Notes under the pieces: generated by a model | What the model was told of the DNA's origin: nothing | Seen by the model: the letters and a program-made list of their open reading frames with translations, nothing else | Databases searched by the model: none | Program-made: the position numbers and the translations under genes | In this document: piece by piece, positions 63,166 through 64,000 of the stretch | How the letters are laid out: the number at the start of each line of letters is the position of its first letter | Numbering within the stretch: the stretch's first letter is position 1 | Origin: Octopus sinensis | Lineage: Eukaryota | Assembly: GCF_006345805.1 (NCBI RefSeq) | Contig: NC_043000.1 | Span: 63,550,001-63,614,000, forward strand | DNA: 64,000 nucleotides | Direction: 5' to 3'

Positions 63166-64000
63166 GACGTTGTACCCACGTTAGAAATCACTATTTTGGA
63201 GTATTCTAGGACGAGTTAGTATCATCTTTGACAAAGTGCTGGGCTGAATGTTTTCAGATTTGGTTACTATTCATTACTTTCGGAAGTCAAATCTTGCCAA
63301 AGTCGATAGAATAGGTGCCAATGATTTAATCGATTGCATCTGTTCTTGATGTAGTTGCCTATTTGTACCAACATTATAAAACAATATATTGGAATACGTT
63401 TTAATTATTCAAAGCATCATGTCGTTCCGAAACTGCAATTCTCAACTGTTGTCAGTCTATTTTACTTACATTTCAAATGACTCGGAGAAAAAGATGATCG
63501 CCACAAATTCAAATTTCTATTCTCGTCTCTAAAGATATTTTGCTAACACTGAGCAATTTTACATATTCATATAGAGAGAATGTCTATTTTAACTTGATAG
63601 TCAACCATATTGGTTGAGAACCAAATACAAGTGGAGCGTACTAATCTCAGCAGAAGAAAACTCAACAATGTGGAAGAGAGTTAATCACAGTGGAAGCAAA
63701 GTAACTTCTACCTGAAGTGAATTAATTAACTCTACTAAATAGATACGAAGCTTAAATTAGTTCGAATATCGAGAATTTTCATTTTGTTTTTTAAAGAATT
63801 ACTTCTATTTCCTAATTAAAAGGATTCAATCCTTCGTGAAATTATAAAGGCAAATTGCTTCGAGTTGTTTTCATCCATGTTGTTTATATTAAAACGTTAT
63901 TTTATGACGTTTTAATATAAACGCTATAAAATTTCTTCTGCATAGAATATTTGTGGAGTTTTATCAATGTAAGCAATCTGTAGGAAATTGTTATAGAACT

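Overview
Eukaryotic, AT-rich, repeat-dominated DNA with no confidently assignable host protein-coding gene. The mix of (TA)n/(TATG)n/(CA)n/(TAA)n/(GAA)n microsatellites, four abundant tRNA-derived SINE families, R4/Dong-type RLE LINEs, Penelope-like elements (PLEs) and Tc1/mariner/pogo remnants looks like octopus (coleoid cephalopod) intronic/intergenic sequence. That assignment is my inference from repeat content, not a search result. Almost all supplied ORFs are microsatellite or TE artefacts. The only long real ORF is a near-intact DD34E Tc1 transposase (40301-41317, one premature stop) inside a complete 1.6-kb IR/DR element. The most interesting signal is non-coding. Read by eye, the first 7 kb contain four sequence-unrelated type-I hammerhead ribozyme folds (1333-1420, 3807-3894, 5833-5903, 6594-6636, plus an inverted second copy at 6905-6947), all with palindromic helix III. 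Three have long interrupted helix II extensions, and one carries the U3-A8 compensatory swap of the C3-G8 core pair. Three of the four sit in fold-back (inverted-duplication) structures typical of PLE termini. Further degenerate candidates occur near 29.3, 33.3 and 37.8 kb. Other notable items are a 109-bp apparent target-site duplication around a Dong/R4 insertion, a flank capture between PLE tails, several near-perfect palindromes, and two short candidate minus-strand exons. All coordinates were counted by hand and may be off by a few bases.
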